Assembly: GCA_950097015.1 (NCBI GenBank)
Contig: CATNEN010000024.1
Location: 5,332,001-5,396,000 of the forward strand
Direction: 5' to 3'
DNA length: 64,000 nt
Source: Macrostomum hystrix
Lineage: Eukaryota > Animalia > Platyhelminthes
Of the stretch, positions 1 through 12,818 are shown piece after piece (the stretch's first letter is position 1; every line of letters starts with the position of its first letter). The notes below the pieces were generated by a model that saw only the letters and a program-made list of their open reading frames with translations, was not told the DNA's origin and searched no databases. Made by a program: the position numbers and the translations under genes.

Positions 1-1843
1 GCGATAATATGGGACCTGAGGCTTTTCATGTTTACATACTTACATGTACTGTAATTTCATTTAGAATTACGGATACATGTAACTGTACGTGTACTCTTTA
101 TAACAATTCAGTGTCCGGAATGTTTACACCAAATGTTTACACAAATCAGATCGAATCGGGTTTCGACAGCGAAAAATGTAAATATTGTAGACTGCTAATT
201 AACGGGCGCGCGAGGAGTATCAACGGGTACAGTAAAATGTGTACATAAAGTACAATACGTAAAGTACATTGTACATAAAAATAAATACTTGCTACTCGTA
301 TATGCATAGTGCAATGCAATACGATCGTAATTTATATGCTTAACTTATAAAAGACAATTGTGCCGGAAAACTAAAATGATCTGCGATAAAGAAGAAAATA
401 ATATTTTTATCGACCCATAAAGCAATTATCAATATACAAAAAAGTTTGAGCTTTCGGTGCAATCAAGCTAGCGCACTGCGCAATTATTCCATAATTCGAT
501 CGCTAAACTTTCTGTTGCTCTTCACGATGTGAGAGAATTTCGAAGCAAAGGTAATGAAAAATGTATTACGAATTTTCAATATGCTTTTTAGAATGAATGA
601 AAAACCTAGAGACATTTTAAGACCTAAAAACTGACATTTTTGAAGTGAAAAATTACATCACAATCAATACTGCATTATGTGCACTGTAAAGCCAAATGGT
701 CGTGATGAAAAGTTTTTGGTCACGGCTGGAGAGTATGCATAACAGAATTTTATAATGCGCGTTGAAAATAGTGCACAGGTTTTTTTCATGGATGCAAAGT
801 ATTTTTACGTGCAGCAGTGAAGATCATGGTGAAAAAAATTGTTGTACTCATTAGGATCGAAACAAAATAAAAAATCTTTCAAAATTTCGAATAATCGTAG
901 AAATGTACGTTAAACGAAATAAACTTCTTGGTCGTCGAAAAACCTAGTGAAAATTTAGTTTTGACCAGAAAGCATGATTAAAATTTTTATATAGTGGAGA
1001 TTAATTATTTTGCTAGGTAACTTTTTTGCTCAGAAATAATAGCTAGATATAAATAAAATAATTATATATCATGTTTCATAAAGTTAAAAGTGATGGAGAA
1101 AACTAGGAAAAAATATAACTAGTTTTTAGAGAAGCTGGATCCATTTATATGCTGTAATTAATTATATGCTAAATACACTTCGATTTTTTATTGCTCCTCT
1201 TTCTTAGCGAAATATGCAACTTAAGTCTGTCAAAAAGAAAAAACTTGCTTAATTAATTAAAAAAGAACATAGTTAACATTTTTAATACATTCAAGCACCT
1301 CTTAAGCCATGTTATTTTTACTTACAAAAAATTACACAATCTTCAAGCAATATTCTTGCTTTATTTAAAAAAGCTAGTATTGAGTAATTAGCCATAACAA
1401 TGGATTAAAAACATGTTTGCATTTTTTTGATGAATTATAATATAATTAATGTATATTTCAAATGAAAATATTTGTCAAGAATATATATTAAAACCACCCA
1501 TGTACTAACTCATAATTATTTTAACTCTCCAGTTGGTCACAGAATTAATTTAATATTACTTACTTGATTTGCTAGAACCTAATCAATAAATTCAAGTAGC
1601 TCCATGTAGCAGTTCTATGCTGGCCTATGACAAGTCATTTTTTACATTTTTTTTGATAAAAATGTTAGTAAATTCGTTTTTAAATCAAGGAAAATGGCAA
1701 AAAATATGAATAGTTAATGAACAACTATAGTTGTATATAAAACCTAAGATAAATATATTATATCTTATTTGCAGTATAAATTTGGTTTTTCTAGCCTTAG
1801 TAAGTGTTGCTAACAGCAGTCGACGCATAACCCCAGTTCCAGG

Positions 1844-2608
1844 ATGGAAGCCGCCCCACCAGCGCCACCACCAGCTGCTGTAGCAGAACACGTTGCCGCT
1901 CTGCACCGCGGCGAGACTCTGGTCCGCCCAGCCGCCTACATTGGCTCATTCGCTGTTGAGGGCGCCGATCCGCGCCACCGTTCAGAGTTTGCCCACTGCG
2001 AGCTGGACCGAATGCGCGACTATAACCGGTCCAAACCGGTCCAGCTCTGGCTGGCCCTTTCTGGCATCAAGGTGTGCGACGAGCTGGGCCGGACTGTCTA
2101 CATGGCGCACGCACTCAGGCGGATTTCCTATGCCAGCTGCAATCCGGATCACTGCCAGTTCGCTTTTATGGCTCGCGAGCCGAAAGCTCAGGTTAGCCAC
2201 TGTTGATCAGCTTTGTTGTACTTTCTTCGCAAACACATTGTGTCGATTTTGTCAGTGCACATCGTAAAAACACAATTCAAGGTGAACCTTCAGTACTGCC
2301 ACGCATTCGTCACAGCGCACCCGGACCTAGCCGAGGAGCTAAATAATCTTGTTGGCGACTGCTTCAAGCTGGCCTACACTTTGCAGCAGCAACAGAAGCA
2401 ACAGCAGCAGCGACAGCAGCAGCAATTGCAACAGCAGCAAATGCTGATGCAGCAGCAGCAACAGTTGCAACAGCAATTGCAGCAGCAGCAGCAAATTTTG
2501 CAGCAGCAACTTCAACAGTATGCAAAGCAGCAACCTTTTCAGCAGCAAACGGTTCAAAATCAGCAGCAACAAGTACAACAGCAGCTTCAGCTGTACCAAC
2601 AGCAGCAG

Positions 2609-2661
<53 letters not shown>

Positions 2662-4020
2662 TTTAGGACGTCGTTCTGAGGCAGCCCAGCAGACTAGTCC
2701 GCCGCTATCACAGCACCATCAGCAGCCGAGTGCATCGGGCTCCGCTGTGGCTGCTGAAGACACTTCTCGAAGGTCCTCGCAGCTTGGCGCGCCGCCGCCT
2801 CCACCTCCACGGGACAGCAGCTGCGCCTTGGACCAATCAGTGTCCAGCAGTTCTTCGTTAGCCAACATTCAGTGGTCAGCTACTGATCCCAATCTGCCAG
2901 ATCCTGGCGGAGGCCCTCCTTCTCATCATCAGCAAGCGCAAAACTCACAGCAGCAGCAGCAGCAACTTCGTCGAAATCGTCGATCTGGCCGCGACTATCT
3001 GACGACAGCTGGCGGTCTAGCTGGCAATGGGACGTCCGCTTTGGCTGCCACCACCACTGCGGCGTCCATCGATGAAGCCCCGCTATCACCAGCGCCTCCG
3101 CCGCTGCCAGCTCGGTGAGTTACCTAGGATGATCAAATCCTTATGATGAGTACTAATAACGAGCTATAAGCAGTTCTCTTGTGAGTGTTCTCAAAACTAA
3201 TTACGAAGTATCTCGGTATTCCTCAACCATGACAACTCATTTGAATGTCCAAACGTTACTCCGACTACATTGCAGCAGCCAAATCGCAAGCGGATCGGAT
3301 GTGACTCGGTTCTCGCCAGCCTCGGCATCGTCCTCCTCATCGTTGGCTCCGGCTCCGCCAATAAGCACGGAAGATGCCGACGTCGGGGCCAACGATGCGC
3401 CCTCGCCACCGCCAGTGAGTGCCGCCTGGTACCAGGCTGACATGCCGCGAGACATCGCCCTAGACCTGCTCAGCCGCGAGGAGATTGGCGCGTTCATTGT
3501 GCGCGACAGTGGCACACATCCGGGATGCTATGCCCTGTCTGTGCGGGTGGCACGTGCCAACAATCCCAGCGGCTTCGCGCACTATCTGGTGCAGCGAACT
3601 GAGCGTGGCTGCGTCCGCTTGAAGGGTCTCGCCAAGGTGAAAACATTCCCACTATTGTTTCAGACAAGTGGCACTGAGTGGATCGAGCATGACTAACACT
3701 TGCTTCCTTGATTTGGTTTTTAAGAGCCTTTCCGAATCCCGTCTTCCGCTCTGTCCTGACAGGAGTGGCCCGGCCTGCAATCCATGGTCTGCCACCTCTC
3801 AGTTATGCCGGAGCTGCTGCCCTGCCCGCTGCGGCTGCCAAGGCGTCGTCAAGAGGAGAACCCGGTCTACACCGACGATCGGATTGGCACGGTCGGCACC
3901 AACGCGAGCGATGAGCAGGCGGCGGCTTCCGGCTGTCCGTACGGACTGGGACTGCCGCCCGACGAGGATTATCAACGCTTGTCCGACTTCAGCTCCATCA
4001 TGGCCGAGCTGCGAATGTGA
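1844..4020 (+). CDS. SH2D5: PTB + SH2 domain adaptor, SH2D5/EGFRAP-like, ~599 aa, 4 exons, polyQ linker
   Basis: Exons 1844-2191, 2282-3114, 3276-3636, 3763-4020 are all GT-AG and total 1800 nt in frame. PTB motifs: AYIGSFAV, RRISYASC, QFAFMAREP, YCHAF. SH2 motifs: WYQADMPR, GAFIVRDS, YALSVRV, HYLV. The start codon is uncertain because an upstream exon is possible. Confidence 0.8.
2385..2660 (+). repeat. CAG/CAA-rich polyglutamine tract, ending in a pure (CAG)16 run at 2612-2659
   Basis: Read directly; lies between the PTB domain and the Pro/Ser-rich linker. Confidence 0.95.
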
Positions 4021-4587
4021 GCAGGCTAGGGGGCGGCTGTTTCGCGTGAGCAGTAAGGCTCGCTACGCGGAGGAAAGTATGTCTAGTGCTTTCAGTCTGC
4101 AGACATGAACTTTCATTATCCAGATACTCGTTTGCTTTAAAGAAACAGATCTTGGTATGGTACAATACGCTCGTTATAAAAAATGTTTATCTGAGAACAA
4201 CGAGACAAGTTTTAGTGGTATCTTTTTGTTGTTACTTTTGAATGACTGACACTGCCTAAAGATAATGTTCATTTCGTGAATGAATCTCTTTCAGTTTCGG
4301 CCTATATTAGTATGTCCTGCTTTGCATTGCTTCTCTGCTTCATTGCTTAAGCATATCGAATGCGCAGACATCTTGGCCTTTATAGTAGACTTGCGTGAGA
4401 TTCTTCCTCCTTCGTATCTTAGGCTTTGCCAGCTCCAGTTGTATTGTGAGTTTGCATCAGACTCGATCAAATTTATGCTTTTGTTAATCATAATAGTATT
4501 TTTATTAACTAATCGTATACTTCAATGCTCCTAGTTCAATATGCTTACAAAATCTCAGTCAGTTTTTCTTCAATAAAGCATTGTTAA

Positions 4588-6654
4588 GTACACAAGCTAG
4601 CAGCTTGTTCTGCAGGACCCTATCCTTGGGACCAATGTACACAAGCTAGCAGCTTGTTCTGCAGGACCCTATCCTTGGGACCAATGTACACAAGCTAGCA
4701 GCTTGTTCTGCAGGACCCTATCCTTGGGACCAATGTACACAAGCTAGCAGCTTGGTCTGCAGGACCCTATCCTTGGGACCAATCTACACAAGCTAGCAGC
4801 TTGTTCTGCATGACCCTATCCTTGGGACCAATGTACACAAGCTAGCAGCTTGTTCTGCAGGACCCTATTCTTGGGACCAATGTACACAAGCTAGCAGCTT
4901 GGTCTGCAGGACCCTATCCTTGGGACCAATGTACACAAGCTAGCAGCTTGTTCTGCATGACCCTATCCTTGGGACCAATCTACACAAGCTAGCAGCTTGT
5001 TCTGCAGGACCCTATCCTTGGGACCAATGTACACAAGCTAGCAGCTTGTTCTGCAGGACCCTATCCTTGGGACCAATCTACACAAGCTAGCAGCTTGTTC
5101 TGCAAGACCCTATCCTTGGGACCAATGTACACAAGCTAGCAGCTTGTTCTGCATGACCCTATCCTTGGGACCAATGTACACAAGCTAGCAGCTTGTTCTG
5201 CAGGACCCTATCCTTGGGACCAATCTACACAAGCTAGCAGCTTGTTCTGCAGGACCCTATTCTTGGGACCAATGTACACAAGCTAGCAGCTTGGTCTGCA
5301 GGACCCTATCCTTGGGACCAATCTACACAAGCTAGCAGCTTGTTCTGCATGACCCTATCCTTGGGACCAATCTACACAAGCTAGCAGCTTGTTCTGCAGG
5401 ACCCTATCCTTGGGACCAATGTACACAAGCTAGCAGCTTGTTCTGCAGGACCCTATCCTTGGGACCAATGTACACAAGCTAGCAGCTTGTTCTGCAGGAC
5501 CCTATCCTTGGGACCAATGTACACAAGCTAGCAGCTTGTTCTGCAGGACCCTATCCTTGGGACCAATGTACACAAGCTAGCAGCTTGTTCTGCAGGACCC
5601 TATCCTTGGGACCAATGTACACAAGCTAGCAGCTTGTTCTGCATCACCCTATCCTTGGGACCAATGTACACAAGCTAGCAGCTTGTTCTGCAGGACCCTA
5701 TCCTTGGGACCAATGTACACAAGCTAGCAGCTTGTTCTGCAGGACCCTATCCTTGGGACCAATGTACACAAGCTAGCAGCTTGTTCTGCAGGACCCTATC
5801 CTTGGGACCAATGTACACAAGCTAGCAGCTTGTTCTGCAGGACCCTATCCTTGGGACCAATGTACACAAGCTAGCAGCTTGGTCTGCAGGACCCTATCCT
5901 TGGGACCAATGTACACAAGCTAGCAGCTTGTTCTGCAGGACCCTATCCTTGGGACCAATGTACACAAGCTAGCAGCTTGTTCTGCATCACCCTATCCTTG
6001 GGACCAATGTACACAAGCTAGCAGCTTGTTCTGCAGGACCCTATCCTTGGGACCAATGTACACAAGCTAGCAGCTTGTTCTGCAGGACCCTATCCTTGGG
6101 ACCAATGTACACAAGCTAGCAGCTTGTTCTGCAGGACCCTATCCTTGGGACCAATGTACACAAGCTAGCAGCTTGTTCTGCAGGACCCTATCCTTGGGAC
6201 CAATCTACACAAGCTAGCAGCTTGTTCTGCAGGACCCTATTCTTGGGACCAATGTACACAAGCTAGCAGCTTGTTCTGCAGGACCCTATCCTTGGGACCA
6301 ATGTACACAAGCTAGCAGCTTGTTCTGCAGGACCCTATCCTTGGGACCAATGTACACAAGCTAGCAGCTTGTTCTGCAGGACCCTATCCTTGGGACCAAT
6401 GTACACAAGCTAGCAGCTTGTTCTGCATCACCCTATCCTTGGGACCAATGTACACAAGCTAGCAGCTTGTTCTGCAGGACCCTATCCTTGGGACCAATGT
6501 ACACAAGCTAGCAGCTTGGTCTGCAGGACCCTATCCTTGGGACCAATGTACACAAGCTAGCAGCTTGTTCTGCAGGACCCTATCCTTGGGACCAATGTAC
6601 ACAAGCTAGCAGCTTGTTCTGCAGGACCCTATCCTTGGGACCAATGTACACAAG
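4588..6654. repeat. 49-bp tandem minisatellite, ~42 copies
   Basis: Unit acacaagctagcagcttgttctgcaggaccctatccttgggaccaatgt; unit starts at 4590 and 4639; copies are near-identical and have no spacers. Confidence 0.97.
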
Positions 6655-7841
6655 GACTCTGTTTTTGGGGCTAATTTAGACAGGCTAGCAGACTATGTAC
6701 AGACAGCAAAGAATGTAAAAAGAATGATATTCTTGATAACTGGTTTGATAGCTGTGTAAGAAATATTGTCTGTTAGCGTACTCCAACTCGTTAGCTATCG
6801 TTACTTTATTTTCTTATCAATAGTCAAAAATCGAATTACTTATTTTCAGCAGTCGATGAATGATAGTTTATACTGCCAGTAGTCTTGTGAGCTTCAATTT
6901 CCATTATGTTATTTAGACCAGAATGCATAATCTTAGAGTTAAATTAATCAAGTTTTGTGTAGTCATTTTTTTACAATTCTATGCCGCTGTTAACTTCGTT
7001 TTTTCAGTCATTATGATAGTCAAATTCTTGTTGCCCTGTTAACTGTGTTTCTCCTTTTGTTCGCAATAATTGATTATTGGACACTTCAGTAGTAAAAAAA
7101 CATGTAATAAGCTTTTATTTACCTCAGTTTTACTCAGCAGTTTGCTAATTATGGTATTATACTACATGTATTGCATGCATTATGACTTTGTGAGCCTAAT
7201 TTTTCAGTTGTTCCAATTTTTGCTTCAAAGTATTTCATCCAATAAGCGCCTTTTTAACTGTTTGGACCGAAAAGTCCCACACGAAACAAAGTAAGAGAGT
7301 GCGACCCTGATGCGACAGGTGTATTAAGCTAATCGAATCAGTACTGCATGGAAATAGCGGGCTCCAGGTAGAATTTAATTATTGCATTATATTTGCAACC
7401 GAGTGGAGAGCTAAATAAATTTAGGGCCATTTGACCCTGATCTCAGCTTCACTTTAAGAATCAGCGATACACAATTAATAAATGGATTGTTTATAGGGTT
7501 TTGAACATTTTTCTTCATGTTAATATCTGGGATCCAATGCTTAATATATATATAGCTAAGTAGAGTTTCTGATGTCGTCGAGTTATACTTGTAGTTTTTC
7601 GTAACATAATTATTGCAGAAGAAGAATCGGTAGGGCCTGTAATGCACACTGATATCAGGTAAGTTATGCTAAGTAAGTTCATCAACGTGTTAGAGTACGC
7701 AGTGTTCTGCGTTTTTTAAAAATCTTCTTAAAAAACGGATTAAAAAAATTGATCACATCACTCGAAACTCGCATCAATAATCAATCTCTTCCATAATAGT
7801 TTTTCGTTTCAAATCATTCTGAATCCGTCAATATGAGAAGC

Positions 7842-10800
7842 TCAAATGTCGAGCGAGTCGATGACTCTCTGCAGCGAGTCCGCGGCGTCCTTGGCGGTCG
7901 GCCTGCTGTCGGGAGAGCCGCTCCAGCAGCGGTTCATTAGGTCCCACAGCGAATCCGGCATGGCTGGCAGCCGTCTGGGACGGCAGTCCATTGCACCAAT
8001 CAGCTGAATGGCTCCGATGCTGTTCGTGAGTTCCGCATATTCCGGATGCCGCCGAGCTGTGCCCTCGCTAAGGGGAGTGAGAAAATTTCTTGCTCTGTAT
8101 GCACTACATAATTCGTTGTACTCGTAAATCGTTCTATTTGTCATTGTCAAGATTCCTTGGCGATGCTGATAAACCAGGAAAACGGTGCTTACAATAAAAG
8201 AGCAAAAATAAAATTCTTTCTTAACGTTACTGAACCCTGAACCTTATTGGTTAAGCAAGTGACGCTAATTTAACTATCTTTATTAGATTTTGGAAAAATA
8301 ATATCACGCAAGCTCGAATCGTGGGGCCGAACATTCACCGTGGGGCCGAACACGTCACTAACCAGGCCCCCTATCAGCGGAACAAATTGAAGCCCTGCCA
8401 GCGTGGCTGGGACAGCGCAACCTAGAGCCTTCTGTCTAGTCATCCACGACGAGTTCTAATAATATACTCGTATTTTGCAGGAGGGCAGTGGGCACTAGCA
8501 TAGTCCGCAGCCATCGAGGAGGCCATTCTGCCCATTCCGCTGACTCCTGAGCACACACACACGCACGCACAGATACCGGCAAATACTCACAGGTAATTAT
8601 GAATCTGCCCTGAATTTCTCACCCCATGCCGAGTCCTATACTCGTAGCGCGTAACCTATACAGGTGGTCTTGTAGTACAAACAGCAGGGCCCTTTCCCGA
8701 CTTGGAGGTTTGTCGTCTGTCTAGCAGAAGACGCCAAGTGGCCCAGCCAGGCCAACGGTGCTGCTTTCGGATATTGGATGACAAAGATTGCATTTTGACA
8801 ATGTCCCCACTTTCTGGCCAATTTGTGTCTAGTCAACTTGTATTGTAATGAGTGGCCTATCTAGAGAAAAAAATAATACATATAATGGTCGTAACACAAT
8901 AATAAAGTAAAACAATAATATAAAATATAGTCCCTATCAGGGAATTTCCTCGAAACGATAGTACTTACAATAGGTACCAGAGAGCAATGCCCAAGCCAAA
9001 AATGTCGGCGCTGCTTGAGAAGCATAACTCGCCGAGGACGCTTTCTGGCGCCTGGTAGACTGGGTTGTACGTAACTCCGCCAGAGGTACCGAAGCCGGAG
9101 CACTTTAAGTAGCCAAAGCCAGCGAGCTTTACTCGATCCAGGTTTTCTGACACCTAAAGTAGAAAGGAACATTCAGAATATTTAGACACAAATAGCAAGC
9201 TGGAAAATAATAAATCAATGGCAAATTAAGAGGCGAGAACGTACCCAAACATTATGAAGCACAACATCTTTGTGTACGAGCTCGCTTCCGTGCAGGAACT
9301 GGAGAGCCTTTGCGAGCTCCAAACCGATCCTCAGACGTTGACGAACCGAGAGACTCTGCCGCTGCATCAGAGTCCATGCGTCGCAGAACATCAGCTCCGT
9401 GTACAAATCCACCGTCCAACGCTTCTCTTCAGGTCTGCTCTTGTTGATTCTCACACCGACCACACGGACGAGATTCGGGTGCTCCAGAACGCTGAAACAT
9501 AATTGAATGCATCATTTTCGAAATACAAAAGCAAAAAGAAACCTGGCTGCCTTGTGAACTATTTAATCACCTGCTGTAATGGTACACATCTGTGGCAATG
9601 TCGTCGAGGGTCGAATCGTCGGACACGATTCTCTTGGCAGCGAGCGCAGGTTGGCCGTTCTCATCCAACACTCGAAAAACCTCGCCCTGAGCTCCAGATC
9701 CAAGATTGCTCTCCGTGTCGACACGGTGTCCACGATACTTGTAATTCGTGGTCACGTCCATTGTGAACATGCACAGTCGAGCAACCTTCGGATACAGAGT
9801 CTTGATTTCGTTTCGCTCCTTCTCAGTCATCTTCATGGACATTTCAACAAGTTGTTCGGACGAGCTAATGTTGTCGAGAAACTCAATATGCTGCTTGTCG
9901 AACCATTCTTTGAGCGAGTCTACCAGACACTCGACAAGCTTCTCCTTGTCAATCGAATCTAGCATTTTGCCCGTAATTAATTTATAGTTTTTTATTTACC
10001 AAAGAATGTTATAGCATTCTGCGAGCGCAGTTGTATTTAAATTAAAATGTGTCTAGATCATTTCTCATTCACAATTTATTTTAATTGACTTACCCAAATA
10101 GAGACTCGCTTGAAACTCCTTCCATTTAAAGTCCTGAACTGGCGTGGACATCGAAAAAACAATACCTGGGCTTTTCATGACTTTCTTGAAGAAATGCTTA
10201 ATTCTGGTGAACAGTATGAGAATTGGACGAAGCATAAAATCCTGAGATGACAGTGCGGAGCCCTCGAGTAAGCTCTTCTTCAGCACCTGGTATGCAGGTG
10301 TCTGCTCCACATCCTTCTCATACTCGACTACTTTCTGTTTGAGTTCTTCCAAGTCATGAAGGCATGCCTTCAGAGCACCGCATTTCAAGTATTCGCTGAA
10401 TGTAGCAATGATTCGATCATCGATCACATTGTGAATCTCGTCGACACACTTCTTCTGTATGTCACTCTGAGACATGTCGGCTTGAATGACGCTGTCTGAG
10501 TAGCTCACTGCTTTTACCTCGTCAAGTAGGAATTGCTTCTTCTCGGCAAAGAACTTTTTCACCTGAGTTCGAAACTCACTTCGATGCCGCTCTACAATGG
10601 CCTTCGACTGCTCGTGAACTTCTTGCTCCAACTTCTTGATCTGGAAGACTGCCTTCTTCTTGCGTTGATTTGACTCTTTGATGTCGGTGGCCTTCTCCAT
10701 GAACAATGTCAGGATCTGACAGTGGACACCAGTCAGACCTGCACCAGCACTCACGATGAGATTCCTGAACTGATCCTGAGCGAACTTCAGGATTCTGATC

Positions 10801-12818
10801 TTTACTTCTTCGAACTGCTTGACCCACTTTGAGTTCTCCATCTCTTTGAGTACTTCTGAGTCAATGTTTCCCGTTTTGATCATGAGATCCTTCTTGCGCC
10901 GGAATCGCCTCATTTCCCAACACGACACGCAACAAAACTTTTGACAGGTTTGTCTCGTGTCACTCTGGTTGATGTAACCTAGTCGCTGCAACTTTGAGAA
11001 GACTCGCTCTGCTTTCTCCTCTTCAATCTCTTCCTTGCTTCTCTCTGAACTTCTGGCAGTTTCGGAAGACACATCCATCTTGCTGACAAGATAGAATACC
11101 TCAGCTCCAATCTCTGGTAGTTGAATTACTTTTAAATCCTTTTGGGCCTGAAATTTTTACATTTCTGTTAAGAGTTTTATGCCTTTATGCATCAGAAGTT
11201 TTTCAGCATTTTATGGCCGGTGGGTAAGATGCTGGGAGCCGCACTAAAACTCTCAAAACTTACTGCTAGAGTGACGCCGGCGTTTGAGTCGATGACGTAG
11301 ATGATGATCGGCAAGAACGAGTCAATCGCTCCTAGCGTCAGCGAGTCCAGTGACGAGTTCTCATTCAGTCCGGGCGAGTCGATGATGTCGATGCCGTGTC
11401 GCAGGAACTCACTCTTGATGCCGGCCTCGACCGTCGAGCTGATGAGCTGCTCGTTCTCCCGATCCTCGTCCCCCAGTTTCACCAGGTCCTCATTGATTGG
11501 CGGTTTCTCGATGTACTGGACATCTCCGATCTGCTCTCCCGTCTTTGATCGCACGAGCACGTAGATTCGATCGGAGTAGGTGAGCCGAGTGACTCGAGCA
11601 GTGCACGGAGACTGCGACTGGGCCACGAAGGTGCCACCTTAATATGAATGGGCTTTTTATATGATGGTGGATTTTGCTTTTGCACAAAGCTATCATGCGA
11701 CAACGTGTCTGAAAGTGACACTTTTTTCGTTTCATTTGTGCTTTGCAAAATTGACTAGTTTACTGTTACGAAGAACAGAAAAATAAACGTTTTTGGGGAT
11801 TGAATTCAACAGTGCTTTTTTAGCGTTTTGTTGTTGCACGTTGCGAGTACATATCTGTCTTACTCTCACATTAGTTTGACAACAAATAAAATAGAATACT
11901 TAATCCCCTCTGACTCTCAGGGCCGCAATGGGGACAGGCACCTTTGATTTTTCGTGTTTTGTCAGATGTTGGTGGGTCCACCCATAGACTATCGTACAGT
12001 CTGTTTTAAGCTGAAGGCCCAATGATACATAGTAAAAGCCGTATACACGTAGGACGCTTGTAAATTAAAAGTACAAACAAATAGAAAATTTGATTAACTA
12101 CTAAAGCATATTCAAATCATTTTAGAAATAAAAAACTCTAGAAACACTTTAGCGTTGCGTATAGTCCGGCAATTTTCTGTAGTAACTCATATTTTGTCTA
12201 TGGTCTGGTCTCATAAATCGTGACTCAAGAAGGAGCCAATTATGATTTATCGGGCCAGAAATAGAGGCCAATTAATGAACCCTTTTCTATGGCCTTCTTA
12301 ATGAACATGTAAGCTCTTTAGTGCTGCATAGAGTGGTTCAAAAGGTTTCATTTTATAACATTCACCGAATTAGTTGTAAGGTCGAAATTATCTTTTCAAT
12401 AGAACCGGGATTCAGCGGGTTTTATAATACACGTCTACTGTATATTCCTTATGTTCCGAAAATCCATAAAATTTTCTAAAAGCTTGAAAGAATTATTTTA
12501 GAGAGCCTTTCCTCGCTCACCAAGAAGCTCGTTGATGAAGGAGCTCTTGCCAGACTTAGTCTGTCCAGCAATGATGATGCAAGGCCTTGTGTTGCCATCT
12601 GACACGGTCTGATTGCCTTTGAAGAGCTGTTTGACGGCAGTTTCCACAGACTGTAGCTTGAGATTCTGCCGCAGCTGGGCAGCGAACTCCGGGGTTAGGC
12701 TGGCGCAGATCGCGCCATCTAGCAGGGACTGCACGCTCCGCAGCTGCTCGCTGAGCAAGTCGCGGCTGACGTCAAAGTCGGAGATTTCCTGCTCCAAGGA
12801 GCCGGCTCGTGTTGCCAT
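7842..12818 (-). CDS. DSTYK: DSTYK-like copy A: dynamin-like GTPase fused to a predicted pseudokinase, 923 aa, 7 exons
   Basis: Exons 12818-12521, 11637-11264, 11147-10094, 9958-9571, 9491-9245, 9153-8969, 8067-7842 total 2772 nt in frame. GTPase motifs: G1 GQTKSGKS, G2 SPCTAR, G3 DSPG, G4 SKMD. DSTYK-like segments: DSFLPIIIY and YPKVARL. Kinase motifs are degenerate (HKDVVLHN, AGFG). Confidence 0.85.
8482..8720 (-). mobile_element. tRNA-derived SINE family 2, partial copy in intron 6 of copy A
   Basis: Shares gagggcagtgggc...gccattctgcccattccgctgactcctgagcacacac...ttggaggtt with the copies at 27225, 36085 and 63080. Confidence 0.7.

Noticed and set aside
20-300. GTAC/TACA-rich, loosely inverted segments at the window start
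   Set aside because: Probably a degraded MITE or low-complexity DNA; no clear TIR or TSD could be fixed.
2339-2599. Poly-Leu ORF on the minus strand
   Set aside because: Antisense shadow of the CAG/polyQ tract.
4588-6654. CRISPR-like appearance (regular repeats with an internal palindrome)
   Set aside because: Units are directly adjacent with no unique spacers, there are no cas genes, and the context is eukaryotic.
9579-9962. Plus-strand ORFs overlapping the cluster exons (also 16354-16629, 11301-11564, 28267-28530 and similar)
   Set aside because: Antisense or alternative-frame shadows of GC-rich coding exons; their similarity to one another only reflects the paralogy.
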